A stretch of 64,000 nt of DNA from Klebsormidium nitens. Taxonomy: Eukaryota > Plantae > Klebsormidiophyceae. The DNA is taken from contig DF237023.1 of the NCBI GenBank assembly GCA_000708835.1, forward strand, positions 173,654 to 237,653, given 5' to 3'. The notes below the pieces were generated by a model. It searched no databases and was not told the origin of the DNA. It saw only the letters and a program-made list of their open reading frames with translations. The translations under genes and the position numbers were made by a program. Of the stretch, positions 48,645-61,445 are shown one piece after another. Position 1 is the first letter of the stretch. Each line of letters opens with the position of its first letter.

Positions 48645-49663
48645 TGTCGAGCTCGTTCGAAAAGTTGTTGTTGAGTAACGTTGTTGGGTTGCCTTTGAGT
48701 CGTCATTTGTGATGTTTAAGCAGAAAGCTTAGGGGGGGATTCTCAAACCTCACGAGCTTAGGTGGATCAATCTTGGCTTTTCAGGTGGTCACAGAAGCAT
48801 GGAATTAATCAGAAACCGGATGAACTTTCTAAAGTACATCGCAGATCGACTTGTAAGTAGATTACTTGTCATATAGCGTACAGATAGATGGAAACCTTCC
48901 TAGATGTCGTCAAAGAAATCTGCAGAATTTGCCAGATGACGAGGTATCAAGGTACCTCAAAAGGTCCTGTAAACAAAGCGTGTGCCGGTGACTTTAGATT
49001 GGTTAAGATTTGGGTGATTTCTTGTTGAATTAGGCGACCTGATCATTCCGTGTCAGAAAAGTGGGTGCTTAATCATGGCGTGAATACCTTGTGTACATGG
49101 AAAGCATTAGAATTGACTGGTCTTTTAGGATGGTATCATCATGTCGTGCATGCAAATTTCAGGACTCATGGTCACACTGTTGTGTCGTGCAAACGGGCAT
49201 CGGGCATGCAACTTAGCACTGCAGGACAATTTTGACTGCGTGAAATATTAAGGCCGTCTTAAGGACAAGTGATTCCCAATAAGTAGTACTAATGCAGGTG
49301 CAAATCTCATTGTAGATAATGATATGTAGATTCTCGCTGTAGATATGCAGATTCGGCGACTCGCCGGACTCAAGGTGCACATATCTGACGATCAAAGCTT
49401 GCAGCTTCTAACAAAGTTCGGACACGGCTAGCTTCAGGTAGGTAAATTGTCTTCGTGCAGTCAGTAACTCATGTGTCTTATGAGAAAGCGGCCCGCTACA
49501 TTATGGGTCATGCATCCGACTCATGAGCTTCAGGAATGATGTGCTAAGTGCAAACGCAGATCTTACATGCTTCCGATGATTTCACTGCATCTTTGGCTAT
49601 ACTGAAGATGTGTGGCCGCAGGGCAGCGCACGCTTTGTTAAGTGTTTGCCAGGTCAGGGACGA

Positions 49664-51901
49664 CTATATATTCTCTGGCGGGGGCCAACTTTCGGGCCGT
49701 CCTTTTCTTTCGACCGATCTATGAACATGGTACACCAAAGACGTAGCTATGGCGACATCTCGTTGGTCAAGACCTTCGCACACGTCCTGCAGGCTCAGCC
49801 GACCTTTCCAGACCTTCTCCGAGATCGCCTCCCCCAGTCGAGGACTGCTCCTCTTGAAGCTATCCAGCATCTCAAGCACGCCTGCCACTGTGCCCTCGTC
49901 CTGACCACCCCACGCATGCTCTGCGATCAGCTTCAGAGCGGGGTCTAAAGACTGAATGAGCTCTTCGATGGACATCATTCCCGTTTCCGTTTCTCCGGCT
50001 TGCTCTGCTTTCATCGAAAAGATGCTGCCGTGCTCTCCGTACCGGTCCGCTCCTTCAGAAGTACTCTTCTCCTCGGTCTCGTCCGTCTCCGCCGCACTCC
50101 CCAACGTAGGAGCCTCCTTCCCCTCTACCAACCCGCCACTCCCATCCCGCCCGGAGCTTTCCGGCGCTGACGGAGCTTCTCTGATCGACACGTCAGCACC
50201 CTCCCTGTCACCCTCTTGAACGGTGTCCTCCTCACGTTCGACCGAATCGTCGTTAGTGTGGTGCTGGGAGTGAGACCGCTTGATCAGGCGGGCCTTTTCG
50301 CGCAGCTCTTCTTCGCTCTCGCCCCCGTGGATGTGAAGCGCCCCCCAGCTGCCAATGGACCAGCGGAACGACTGCGCCACACCGCACTCTACAGAAAAAC
50401 AAAATGTAAGATTGTTAATGACTGCTGGAAGCGAAACCCAGCAATTAATACCAGTGCGAAGTCGTTTTCTGGACGACGGAGGACGCTAGCGAGTGAGAAC
50501 CTGAAAAGCCGTCTGGTGAAGATTGAAGATGAAGGGCGGAGAGCATTCTTTGTCAAAACGGAACTCAGCATCGAGGTGCCTGAAGCTGACGTAGTTTCTT
50601 CATTCAGAATAGGAACGTTTCCAAAAGAGTTCAAGTCCTGCTCATTGGAGCCAACATCACTCGTTGTGCAAACAAGTAGGCATCAAAACACCACAACAAT
50701 GAGAACTTAGCTGGTTTCGAAAGATGCAGATCAGTTCAAGCAGAAGTGTCTGGAATATGGCATTGGCAAGACCAGACACAATCTGGACTAATCAGCAAGC
50801 GCTGCATCGAACCTCCCACTCAAACAACTGCTTATGTAACCACGTTGAAGGGCATTCAACTCCAAGTTGATTGTAAAGAAGGATGACTCGGATTCTCTCG
50901 GATTGATCTGCAGATAGGAACAGACCACATGCTCTACTTCCACCAACAAGCTCTGACCTTCAGCCAAGGCACCCAAGTTTTTGCATGTGCGCTGACAGAA
51001 GAGAGAACTCACCTCTGAAGAATTGGCTGAAGTCTTCCCGCACCTGCTTCTTGCAGTCCCCGCCCGTTGTCCTGAACTTCAGCTGCACTTCCCGGATGGC
51101 CTCTCCATCTACCACAAAAAAGTTCAGCGCATAGGCCGCCGTTTTCGGGTATCCCTTCGCCTGAGGCTGTATTGAATCTAAAAAGGCAAGAAGCTGCCCT
51201 GCGGATCTTGTGTTGGTCTCCAGCATCTTCTCAAACTCTTCTTCAGACTCTACCAAAACTTTCTTAGCTCCCAGGCTGTCTATCATAGGAGCAAACTGCC
51301 TGAGACACTCCTCGAACGTGGGATCTGTTGACTGCTCAGAAGAAAGACTTGGGGAGGAAGCTGAGCCAGTGCGCACTTTCTTCGGCATGTTCCTTTTCGG
51401 CCCCCTAACTTGCGCTGCCTTTGAAGCAAAAGCACGGTGTCCCAGAAGCTGAATAAGACACTCAGAGTTTGTGGCTGGTCGATGAGCATGATTTTCAGCT
51501 CGGAAAGCGCCTGATGAGAGGTGGTGCGATCTCCCCCCTTTGCCCGCTGAGGACAGCGACCGCAGCGTCTTAGGGAAACCGCTGCTCAGCAGTTTGTCAA
51601 ACGCATCCTTTGTCGACTCAGCTCTAGAACTCCCATCGTGGGCGGAAATGCCTTTTCCTTTTGTGGAGTCTGAGGGGTGAGTGACAATGTAAGTGGGCTC
51701 TGGTTGATAGCTGAGTGGTGGGTTCGCAGTTTGTGCGAAAGAAGCTTTGATAGAACCACCCGAGTCTGCCTCTCCTTGGGTACAAGCTGGTGCTTCGAAA
51801 TGGACATGAAGAGAGCTGATCTGTTTGAAATGCTGATCCCGCTGCTTGGCCCCACCAGAAAGCAGCAGCTTGCCCCCAGCTCGGAGGCCCCTCGACCACA
51901 T
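49664..51901 (-). CDS. TCAIM/DUF4460-like protein, probably mitochondrial (537 aa)
   Basis: Two exons, 51901-51013 and 50388-49664, with a phase-1 junction giving FFRECGVAQSFRW. The N-terminus MWSRGLRAGGKLLL looks like a presequence. The segment NTRSAGQLLAFLDSI..AYALNFFV..EVQLKFRTTGGDCKKQV resembles DUF4460. The family call is from memory. Confidence 0.55.
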
Positions 51902-52340
51902 TCTCGAGATGCTATGCAGCTTTGTTTAAAAGATTGTCGAGCCAATGTGCTCACGACCGCTGAGACTGCCACACCTAAGACTGCATTCGATCAGTCAAAT
52001 TAATGACCAGACGAGGAACAAAATGCTGCCACTAATTGGTCACAACCGGCCGCTATCACCTCATGTATACTTTCTCAGATGAATTGGCAAGCGGCAGAAT
52101 CAAATGTCCACCCACAGAAACGTTTGCTGATGACTCATTGCAGGGAACTTGCTGCACAACGCTGTGCACAGGGTGGTGAAAACACTTTCCTGATTGAAAG
52201 AAAACCATAGCAGCTGATTTCTGGAAATTCAAAACCAGCTTCCACTGATTAGTCGCCGCGAAATTAGCCGTTCCTCCAAGCGGTCAACCGAGTAAATAGG
52301 TTGTAGAAGGTATTACCGAGCGGGGAAGACGCCCGGTAGC

Positions 52341-52535
52341 TGGGCTGTTTTGGGCCATTAGTAAGCCCGGAGTATTCCTCCTGCTCTCGCATGCCTGGAA
52401 ACGATAGAAGCCGGTCAAATAGGCGATGCCGTCAATCCTGACTCCTGAGGCCCAGGCCCAGGCCCAGGGCTGCTCCTCCTCCAGAATCTAGAGACTAGAG
52501 CTAGGTATCCACTTCCTCCACTTCCCAAAAGCCCA
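52341..52535. promoter_or_regulatory. Cluster of site II-like motifs (TGGGCY) in a divergent promoter
   Basis: TGGGCT at 52341, TGGGCC at 52351, GGCCCA x3 in tandem at 52449-52466 and AGCCCA at 52530, lying between the TCAIM-like and TIM8 start codons. Confidence 0.5.
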
Positions 52536-52720
52536 AATACCAGGGCGCCTGTGCAGCTGGATCCACCTAGGTTCGTCACATAGGTATATACCGGTATGAT
52601 AAGGTTTGCAGCGGCCAGTTCTTGAGGCTTGTCTTGCTAGCTCGTTCTCTGAGCTGGTGCTGTCCAAATCCGTTTGCTCCTTCCGAACTCTTTGAGGATC
52701 TTCTAGTATCTCCAGGCTTA

Positions 52721-53780
52721 ATGGACACTAGCGGGCTTGGGGGCGGAGCGCCAAGTTTCGAGCTCCAGCAATTCCTTGAGGTGAGCATCTGCACAGGGTG
52801 CAAACGGCCCTGCCCGTCGGGTTGAAAATTGCTGATTAGATTGTAAAGACTCTTGCTCTCCTTTGCAAAACCCCTCCTGGAGTTATGGTAAGCTGCAAAC
52901 GGCCTTTGATCCTTTGGTGCCAGGAGATATTCAAAGTTTTGTGTTCTCTGGCACCAACTTTGGTGCCACGCTGCTCATGCACCTCAGAAAGCAAGCGGCC
53001 AGGGTACCACCACATAAGAAAAGATTCATTACATCACCTTGTGGGGCGTCTAGAAACTTCTTTCCATCCTTGGTTTTCAAGTCAGAGGCCCCTGATGGGT
53101 AGCAACTTGTTAACGTAAACCACATCAAACGTTGAGCTTGATGCACTAGGTGGTGGCGGGGCTGCTGCTGCGCTGGATCTACTCATGGTTAAAGAATGAT
53201 GACCACTTCTGATGTCAAAGTCGCTACCAAGTTTGCAGTCAACTCATCAAAATGAGTCCTTGGAGAGCAAGGAGCTCTGTATGACGCACTCGGAAGCCCA
53301 ACTTGCTGTGTTCATTTGACTTTTTTCTCCTTCAACAAGTGATTCTTGAGAGCTGCTGAGTTGCAGAATGAAAGCTAGGTGGTGTTTATGATGTTGCCCA
53401 ACTGGACTTGTTTTCTATTGAGGATTTCTCTGATCTTACATATGGGGTTCTTCAATCCTAGCGAAACGTGCTCAAGAGGACATGATATTCGATACATAGC
53501 TGTTCAAAGGCATCGTCCAAGAGGGCTCTCCCTCATCATCTCTCTTTGTGCTGACAGATCTTATCACTATCTTCTTCTCCAATTGCAGCAAGAGAAGCAG
53601 AAAGCGATGGTGAATGAGCTGGTGGCAAAGCTGACGGACTCGTGTTGGGAGAAGTGCATGGGCACACCCGGCAGCAAACTCAGCTCGGGGGAGACGGCTT
53701 GCTTCTCAAACTGCGCACAGCGATTCCTTGAAACGAGTCAGCTAATATTGCAAAAGTTTGAACGGATGCAACAAGGTTGA
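52721..53780 (+). CDS. TIM8: Mitochondrial intermembrane-space small Tim chaperone Tim8
   Basis: Exons 52721-52780 and 53589-53780 give ELQQFLE|QEKQKAMVNELVAKLTDSCWEKCMGTPGSKLSSGETACFSNCAQRFLETS, with a twin CX3C motif; 83 aa. Confidence 0.93.
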
Positions 53781-54968
53781 GGAAACTGCAGTTTTCACGA
53801 CAAAGAAGTACACAGGGAAGTAATCCTGTGGGAATTGGCTGGAAGTAGGGGCAGCATTTTTCGTTTAAGATTCCAGACCTATCCATTCTTCAGCTTTGCA
53901 GAGTGAGAGACAATAACGACAAGGGGTGTCGGTTCGTTAGGAAGCAGCACAAATCCAGTCTTCGATGACAACAGTTGCTAGTACTCGCGTGATCAACCAG
54001 TGGTGTCAACGGATGTGCTAGTTTGGCACATATTCAGTGCAGGCCCATTGGAAGGACAGTCTCGAAGGGTTGCGAAAGGGAAATCGTACACAATTTTTGA
54101 GGATACTCATTATTGGTCGCATGCAGCTGCCCATGCCATCTTAAGTAGCCTGCGGTGAGTCTCACTGAGCAGCCAGCGTGTCGCGAAAACCATAACAACA
54201 ATAGCGCGCAAGCCATGGGAACAAGCGCCGCGCACCGCGGGCGCGGCACCGTGCATGATCTGCAGACATCCATTGCTGGCACTCGAGCAATTTCGGGAGC
54301 GGCCTGATGACCATGTGGTTAAAATGATCGTGTCAAGTTGACAGCTAGCTATAGCGTTTGCTGCCATCATACAAGCCCCCTTAAGTTGGAAACGCATGCT
54401 AGTGCACATGTCATCATATAACGTATACTCAGTCGATATTGCCCTATCATCAATCTTATAAAATGAAGGAGATGTGACCATGTCAATTGCTTGCATGCAT
54501 GCATGTGCACTGCAATCCAGTCCAATCCATATTGATATCATTGGCGTCGGGCAAATCCCTTTCGATGACTGCAAGTCACGGCACATGATTGGGTCTCTTT
54601 CACTAATCCGATTGCGTCAGACTGAGTCAGCCGTGATTGCCACGCAAATCAAAGCGTAATTGGCAATTCAACTGGAAGTCCGACATGTATTGATCCATGC
54701 AAACAATGGTAAGTTCGATCGAGGCTGAAGGACTGTTGGAAATATTATGCGCACGCCCCCCCCACATACATTTCGATTTTAGGGACCGAGATGCCATCGT
54801 CAGATGCCCGCAGGCAATGAAGAATCGCTACACACTTGTTCGGACTGTACACGCTGCCACTTCCACCTCAAATCATTTCACTGAAAAACGCCGCTCTCAA
54901 AGAATGTTCGGAATTGCCCGCCCCTCCCCACCCCTCAACACGCTGTCTCACCCGTTTGAAACTCCCCT

Positions 54969-57931
54969 CTACTTGCCAATCATGAGCATCAACTCCCCTT
55001 CGCACACCACTTCCCCGTTGACATACGCTTTCGCGTCGAGCTTTGCGATTCCGAACCGTTTCTGCAGCTTGGTCAGCGTCACCCGCAGCAGTAGCGTGTC
55101 CCCGGGGACAACCGGCTTCCGCCAGCGCACGTTGTCCACTCCCGCAAAGAAAAAGTTCTCTTTGCTGCCGCCCACCTCCGGCGAGAGAAGGACGATGCCC
55201 CCGACCTGCGCCAGCGCCTGGAGCGAAAAGGTGGGACAAACCATTCAGGGCATGCCGGAAAACAGCTACAAACTTGGAAAAGTTTCCTCACTGCTCATTT
55301 TGACTCGTTAACCTTCCGCGACCACTGCCTTCAGGTTCGTCTCATCACAGAATGAAGAGGAGAAAGATCACCTTCATGAGAAAGATATTCCAGCAACTCC
55401 CCCAGTCCGCTGGGGAGAATCAGGGAATGAGTATTTTAAGAATTAGAGCACCGCAACACGTTCTGAGCGGCCTTCCACAGCGGCACAGCTCGTATCCGAC
55501 GGCCTTGAAGCTTCGCACGCTGAAGCAGAAGGGTCAGCTCAGAGGATTAGCAAGGGAACTCTCTGTGCGAACGATGAACCGGCTTGAGCTGCAAACGCCT
55601 TGCTAGCTCGCTAATAATAATTGTGCCTGTAAAGACCTCATCCGCTCCCGCATTCACTGCGACGAATGCTCAGGAAGCTCTATCGCACAAATCCGTTCCA
55701 AAGGTCCAGCTGCCCATATTTACGACAGAGATGCGAGAGCAAACGAAGGCAGAAGCAAAGAAGTGACAGCCAGACCAGAGAGTTTGATCGATGCTGGCGA
55801 GTGAAGACTTTTGGCCGCCTGCTTTTGATGCTGAGAGAGTAGCCCTCTTGACGCCGGGTCGAACAAGCGCCTTCTGGAGGGATCTTTTAGACCCGGAAAA
55901 GAATTTACGGGCACTGATCGCCAATCAGTATGCCCACACTCGCTGATGCCTGGCTGCTTCACCGCACACTCCATTCTTGCAGACCCCTTTAGGTTCGCCT
56001 GTAGACGTCCTCGTTTGACGGATCGAGAACCAGAACGTCATTGCAATCCAGAATCGTATGAGGACTGCAGACAAACGGTCCCGGTCGCAGCCCGCTTCTT
56101 CATCAACCAGCAGGCACTGAACCGTCTCATGTCACTGAACTTCCTCATGTTCGATGGTCCACTCCATGACTAGTCCACGAGGGACCGTTCAAGTTGATGA
56201 TCTCCAGAGCCTCTTCGAGCGTTGGCTAACTCACCTCGACTTGGAGTACTCCCGGCATAATTGGTCGCTGCGGGAAGTGGCCGTTGAAAAACTGGTCGTT
56301 CACCGTTACGTTCTTCAGTCCAACCGCCGTTTTGCCAGGTTCATACTCGATGATCTTATCGACTAGCAGGAACGGGTACCTGCCAAAGAGAACGCTCGCA
56401 GATGTGAGCCGAACCCCCGAATTTCGAGTACAAACGAGTCATTCGCCTTCAATTACAAATCTTACTGACATATCTCCGAACTTCAAACGGGGACATTCGA
56501 TGATGGACAGAGACTGCGTCGAACCCACTGATTGAAGACTGGACGAGCGCCACAAACATCCATTTGCCATCGTGCGAATCGATTTTTGGATCCACTCAAA
56601 TTGCCGGACCAAGACCATTTTCCAAATGACAAGATAATCATAAGTTGGGGCTTGAAACAGCAACACTGGCACTATGTTCGAAGGTGGTTCTGGGGTCATG
56701 ATACAATCTAAGCACTGCAAAATCCTTGAAAGGGACAGATGGTTTGGGAAAACCCACCTGTGCGGGAGAATCTCCTTGATCTGGTTGATATCCAAGATCG
56801 TCGGATACCGTCCATTCTCTGCAAACAGCCAGCTGTCAGCAAAATGATGTGCACATTGAGAACACGATTCTTTTTGCCCCGCAGACGGGTGCAACTCGGA
56901 TTGAGTTTCGCTTATCTGCAGATTTGATCAGTCCATTCTCCTGAGGAACTGGAACCCAGGCGGATCGAATATGGCCCAAAGCTCATTCTCACATCGTGCA
57001 GATTGGGGCCTGATCATATATGCAAAGCCCTGACATGCTCTTCTGAAACATTTCTCCGGGCACCCTACCATTTTGTCAAGGTGAAGTATGCTTGTCAATG
57101 ACCTGTGTAAAAGCAGAGCTGAAATCTGTTTGCATCCTCGCATATGAACAGCCCTAAGGTAATCAGTAGCTATCAATCCATAGGCTGCATCGTCGCAACA
57201 CATTCGCAGCGACACAATGGCCGTCACTATCAGAGTACTCGTACCACCACCAATAGGAAACTTTCGCTTTGGCACTAGCCGTAGGCCATGGTTGTGAAAG
57301 TCGCAGGAAAATCCCTGATCGAAGCTCAAACTGAATTTAAACTGTATTAAACCACAAATTGAAGTAAAACCAGTATCAGAAGCCTCAGAAAAGAATGGTG
57401 GGGGCCGGATCTACCACCAATTCGAAGAAGAAACCCCTCCAATTCGCCGCATGAGCACGATGTTCCACCTCCAACTCAGCAAGCACTTGCGTAATGCCCC
57501 AGCAACCCGAAGTGTACTCATTGCATTTGCTCATGTTGCAGGAGCACAAACAGGCACAAGTCACAAATGCAAACCATCGAGTATGCATCCACATCCCTTG
57601 CAGACCTTATCGCGGGAGTGAGCCCACGAGAGTCACCTTGTTTCTCAATAGGGACAGCTGCCTCTTCAACATTTGGCTCTTCCGGTTCAGCGGGCGCAAC
57701 AGTTGCCGACATCCGCATTGGGCCCCTTGTGATATCCCGTGTGCAAACCTTCTTTCCCCAGCTTCCACTTCGCAGACCACCAAACCTAGGAGCACCCAAA
57801 GGGCAGCCTGACAAGCACTCTACAGCTGCAAAGTGTTGTCTGGCGCGGCAGTGCTTTTCGGCACTTTGCTGGTGCAGCCCGCTCAAGGCTGGACTGAAGC
57901 ACAGAGATCTAGCACACGCCGTCGAGGCCAT
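54969..57931 (-). CDS. fabZ: Plastid 3-hydroxyacyl-ACP dehydratase (FabZ)
   Basis: Four phase-consistent exons: 57931-57637, 56818-56758, 56379-56235, 55217-54969. Motifs: [77 protein letters not shown]; transit-peptide-like N-terminus. Confidence 0.95.
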
Positions 57932-58697
57932 TGCGTTTGCTATGGCGACGAAGCTACGGTCACTTTCTGATCTAAGAGGAGGGTGTTGCAAAATACTTCT
58001 TTCCTCCTTGCTTGTATCTAAATGACGTCCAGTTCGGTGCGCTCCGGCCGTTTGCAAACTCGTGATTCAACCGTCGAAGTGCACCAGCTACTGGACTTTT
58101 GGAAATCAATGAAGCGACCTATACACTGGCGATGGTGGACTGCTTCCAAACGTGACAAGCGTCGTCTTTGCGCCACTGTTTCTGCGGTGATCTCTGTATC
58201 GAAGTTTTAGAATGTCAAGCTTTGGCACGCAGCAGAGACAGCTCTGCTCTGCTCATGCGGTGCAGCTGCAACAGTAGACTATAATATCGAATATGTGCAA
58301 GTGCGATAATAGTTGTGAATGCTTCGATACAAGACTTTCGAATGCTAGCCAATGCTGTGTGTCCGGTGCCACGTACGCATGTGTGGCTGTGCACCCATCC
58401 AAGGCATGACGTCATATAAAGGTGCCTCTGAGAGGTAGCAGCGACGAGACCGCCTCAAAGTTCTGCATCAAGGTCGCCGCAAAAAGTGAGACCTTGAGGC
58501 TGCCGTAGCGTTCTTGACGCGCGCTCTAGTTGCTAGCGGTAGACCCTGCTGCAGCCTGCTGCCTGCCCACAAGGGCAAATCGCCATTCCTTCGAGATAGC
58601 ATGTAATAAGAAAGCGCCTGGTATTGCTCAGAAAGAAAAGGAAGGCACGGAAGCCTCTCTCCACGAAACGCACCTTGCCTGGAGTGCTTAGGTCATC

Positions 58698-60548
58698 ATG
58701 GCTGCCAGCAACCAGGCTTTGCTGCGACCTGGCGTACGAACGGGAATCTGTAATCACCCTCAGATATCCGCGCATGGCACTTGCAGAATAGGAAAGGATG
58801 AGGCTTTAGCAAGGTGGCACTGCTTCGGGAAAGGGCCATCAATAGCTGCCACTACTATAGGCCGTTTCGTGCAATGGAGAACCGGAACAGATAGAGCAGC
58901 AAATCATAGTTCTGTGTCGAGTTTGAATCTGCCGGACATCAGTAGACAGAGAAGTTGGCTGCAGGGACGGGCCCTCAAGAGTGCAGGAGTGATGCGGCAC
59001 CGGACCGAGGAGACTCGATGGCGTGCGTGTGCTGCTATACCAGGTGACCTAAGAGTTGTCTTTTCATCCAATTTGAAAACTCAGTATTGGCACAAGACTT
59101 GCAGGTCACTGGTCCAGAGTTGGGCAAGGAACGCAGGTCACGGAGTCCACTTTGAGTACCTTCTCGTCTCACCTTGGTAAGCTGATGGCAGAGCTAAATA
59201 TCAGATCACATGTCACCGCCAGTAAGTCAAACAGTGTAGTGACAACTGTGCTTGGGGCATAGTGGGTGTGTCAAAATTTTCTTCGATGCCACCCATCAAA
59301 AGTAGTGTCCTTGTCTAGCAAGGATGTTTGAAAGCAGAGTCACAGTACCTTGAAAGCCAACGGCTGACAATGACACAACCAACCGAACAAAGCTGCACAC
59401 TCCTCAGGACAGGACTTATTGCAAGGACAACAGAAAGCATCCATTAATGAGGCCGGAATAAGACATCAACAGCCTTTTCTCACCTTGTGTCGTTTTCTGA
59501 GAGAAAAGATGAGTGGCCAAAGTCTCCTGAAGCACAGAGTATTGGCAACCTGACAGTACTTGGAATGATTGGAAATAGCCACCAGTCCTCCACTGAGTTT
59601 GCAGTTATCGACGCTCTTGCTGCTCATGAATTCAGCCCTGTTTTAATCCAGTCATCTCTGACTGTCCTGATGGTTCTTCAGGGGAAAGTTTGATGACCAG
59701 CCTTCAATGGTAAAACTTGGTAACTGCAACATTGCGCTTTGAGCTTCTTACGCAATCTGTAGCATGAAGGTTGTTCAGTACAGCAACTAAGCGTGGGTAA
59801 GAAGATGGGGCTCTGATAGTTCTTCTTCTTTGTCAGATATTGACCCGCCACCTCTTCAAGAGGAGGAAGTCACCCTGCCCGACACAGACGAAGTCAGAGA
59901 AACGGTGGCTATAAAGCTGCCTGGCCGGAGGTCACTACAGATACAATTCACGTGCAATGCTTGCGGGACCAGATCAACGAGACTTCTCAATCCGTTCGCT
60001 TTTACGAGGGGTACAGTGTTCGTCCAGGTAGGATCGATTCCGTACAGCTGCTCTGCTCAATTTGTTATTGTATTAGAAGATGACCGGTGATTTGTGGGTC
60101 TTGTTGCTGCCTTCCTCGCTTATGCTTGAACACAACTTCAACCCAGACACAAGGTCTCACTTGCTGGCCACATAATGTCATCACAAGGTGACGTTGTTTG
60201 GAACGATGTAGTGTCAGATGTGAGTAAGGATATTTCCTCTCTGTACGTGACGGATGTTGGAGACTGGTCGGACATGTCCGTTGATTTCCGGATCAACATA
60301 TCCAGCTGCCCATCCGCAAACGAAAAGTCCGCTGCTATCTTTAAGTGAGCTGTTAACGGCTTTGTTTGGAAGGTCCTTGCTCAAACTAACGAAGATGCTT
60401 TTTTATGCAGTGTGCTGGATGCGAAAAGTATCATCAACTAGTCGACAATCTGGGACTTATAAAAGAGTACAATCTTAAAGAGGAGCGGGAAAATGATGCT
60501 TTGGCCGCAAGTGGACAAAACGAGGACACTTCTTCGGAAAGCATGTAA
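58698..60548 (+). CDS. DNL-type zinc finger protein (Hsp70 escort protein HEP/Zim17 family), organelle-targeted
   Basis: Exons 58698-59043, 59837-60027, 60411-60548. RRSLQIQFTCNACGTRSTRLLNPFAFTRGTVFVQ|CAGCEKYHQLVDNLGL is the zf-DNL signature. The first-exon assignment is less certain. Confidence 0.88.
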
Positions 60549-61445
60549 AAAAGCAAGCACGTCAAACCATGCGGACTGGCCCTTGTGTTTACTTCGCGAC
60601 CACACTTGTGACCACAGATCTATCAACTTGCATGATCTGCTTCGCAGTCCGATATTCTACGTTCTGATCATATATAAAGAAAGCATCAATGGCTGTCCAA
60701 ATGAATGATCACCAGCATGTGCGCACTGAGCATGTATGCTTTATGTTGCTTTGCAATCCGGTCATGCCCCACATGGGCGGGCCGGTCACTACCCAGATTG
60801 GATGTGTCTTAGTGCTCGCCCGCATGTTCCGTTAAAGCTATATCAAATTGAAAAATCTTGCAAGCTATAGAGGGAGCTGTCGAATGGCAAGCCCATAATT
60901 TTGGGTCATCACAGTACCGTCAACCAACCAGCCTTACTCACATGTACGGCGTAATGGCTCGAGTCCTATTCTACTAGATAGCTATGACCATATTTGCGGA
61001 GTTCGAAACGCTCGTTCTGCTGCCACCATTTCTGCTGCCACCATATGGCTTGCTTGATTGATGGTGCAAACTGTCCGGTCGTACAGACTCGCTCCAAACC
61101 CGGGCCCAAGCATAGATGCATAAACGTTCGACGCAACGACGAAGGCACAGTCATCTCGATAGCCCGCCAAGATCCAGATTTTCGTACGTGAAACGGTTGC
61201 GTCGCTTAACGGTATACTCGAACAAATAATCGGTAGGCTGGTTATCATGTTTCGGTTTTAGACCCAGGCTTGGGGCAGGTCAATTCCAAAGTTTGAACTT
61301 TTACCAGACCATGGTTCCGGAAAACTATTCAAAGATGTTCGGATGAAGATCAAATTCTCATGTTTCTGTTAAGCAGCTGCCTAATTGCACTCAATTGTTA
61401 TCAGTTGTCACGGAACCAACCCCATGCATTTTGACTGTCTTCGGT

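Noticed and set aside
54034-54700. ORFs between the TIM8 and FabZ 3' ends
   Set aside because: No motifs or splice-consistent structure; likely UTR or intergenic sequence.
60254-60478. Listed 74-aa ORF over the last DNL zinc-finger exon
   Set aside because: It is the wrong frame; the true exon reads CAGCEKYH from 60411 to TAA at 60548.
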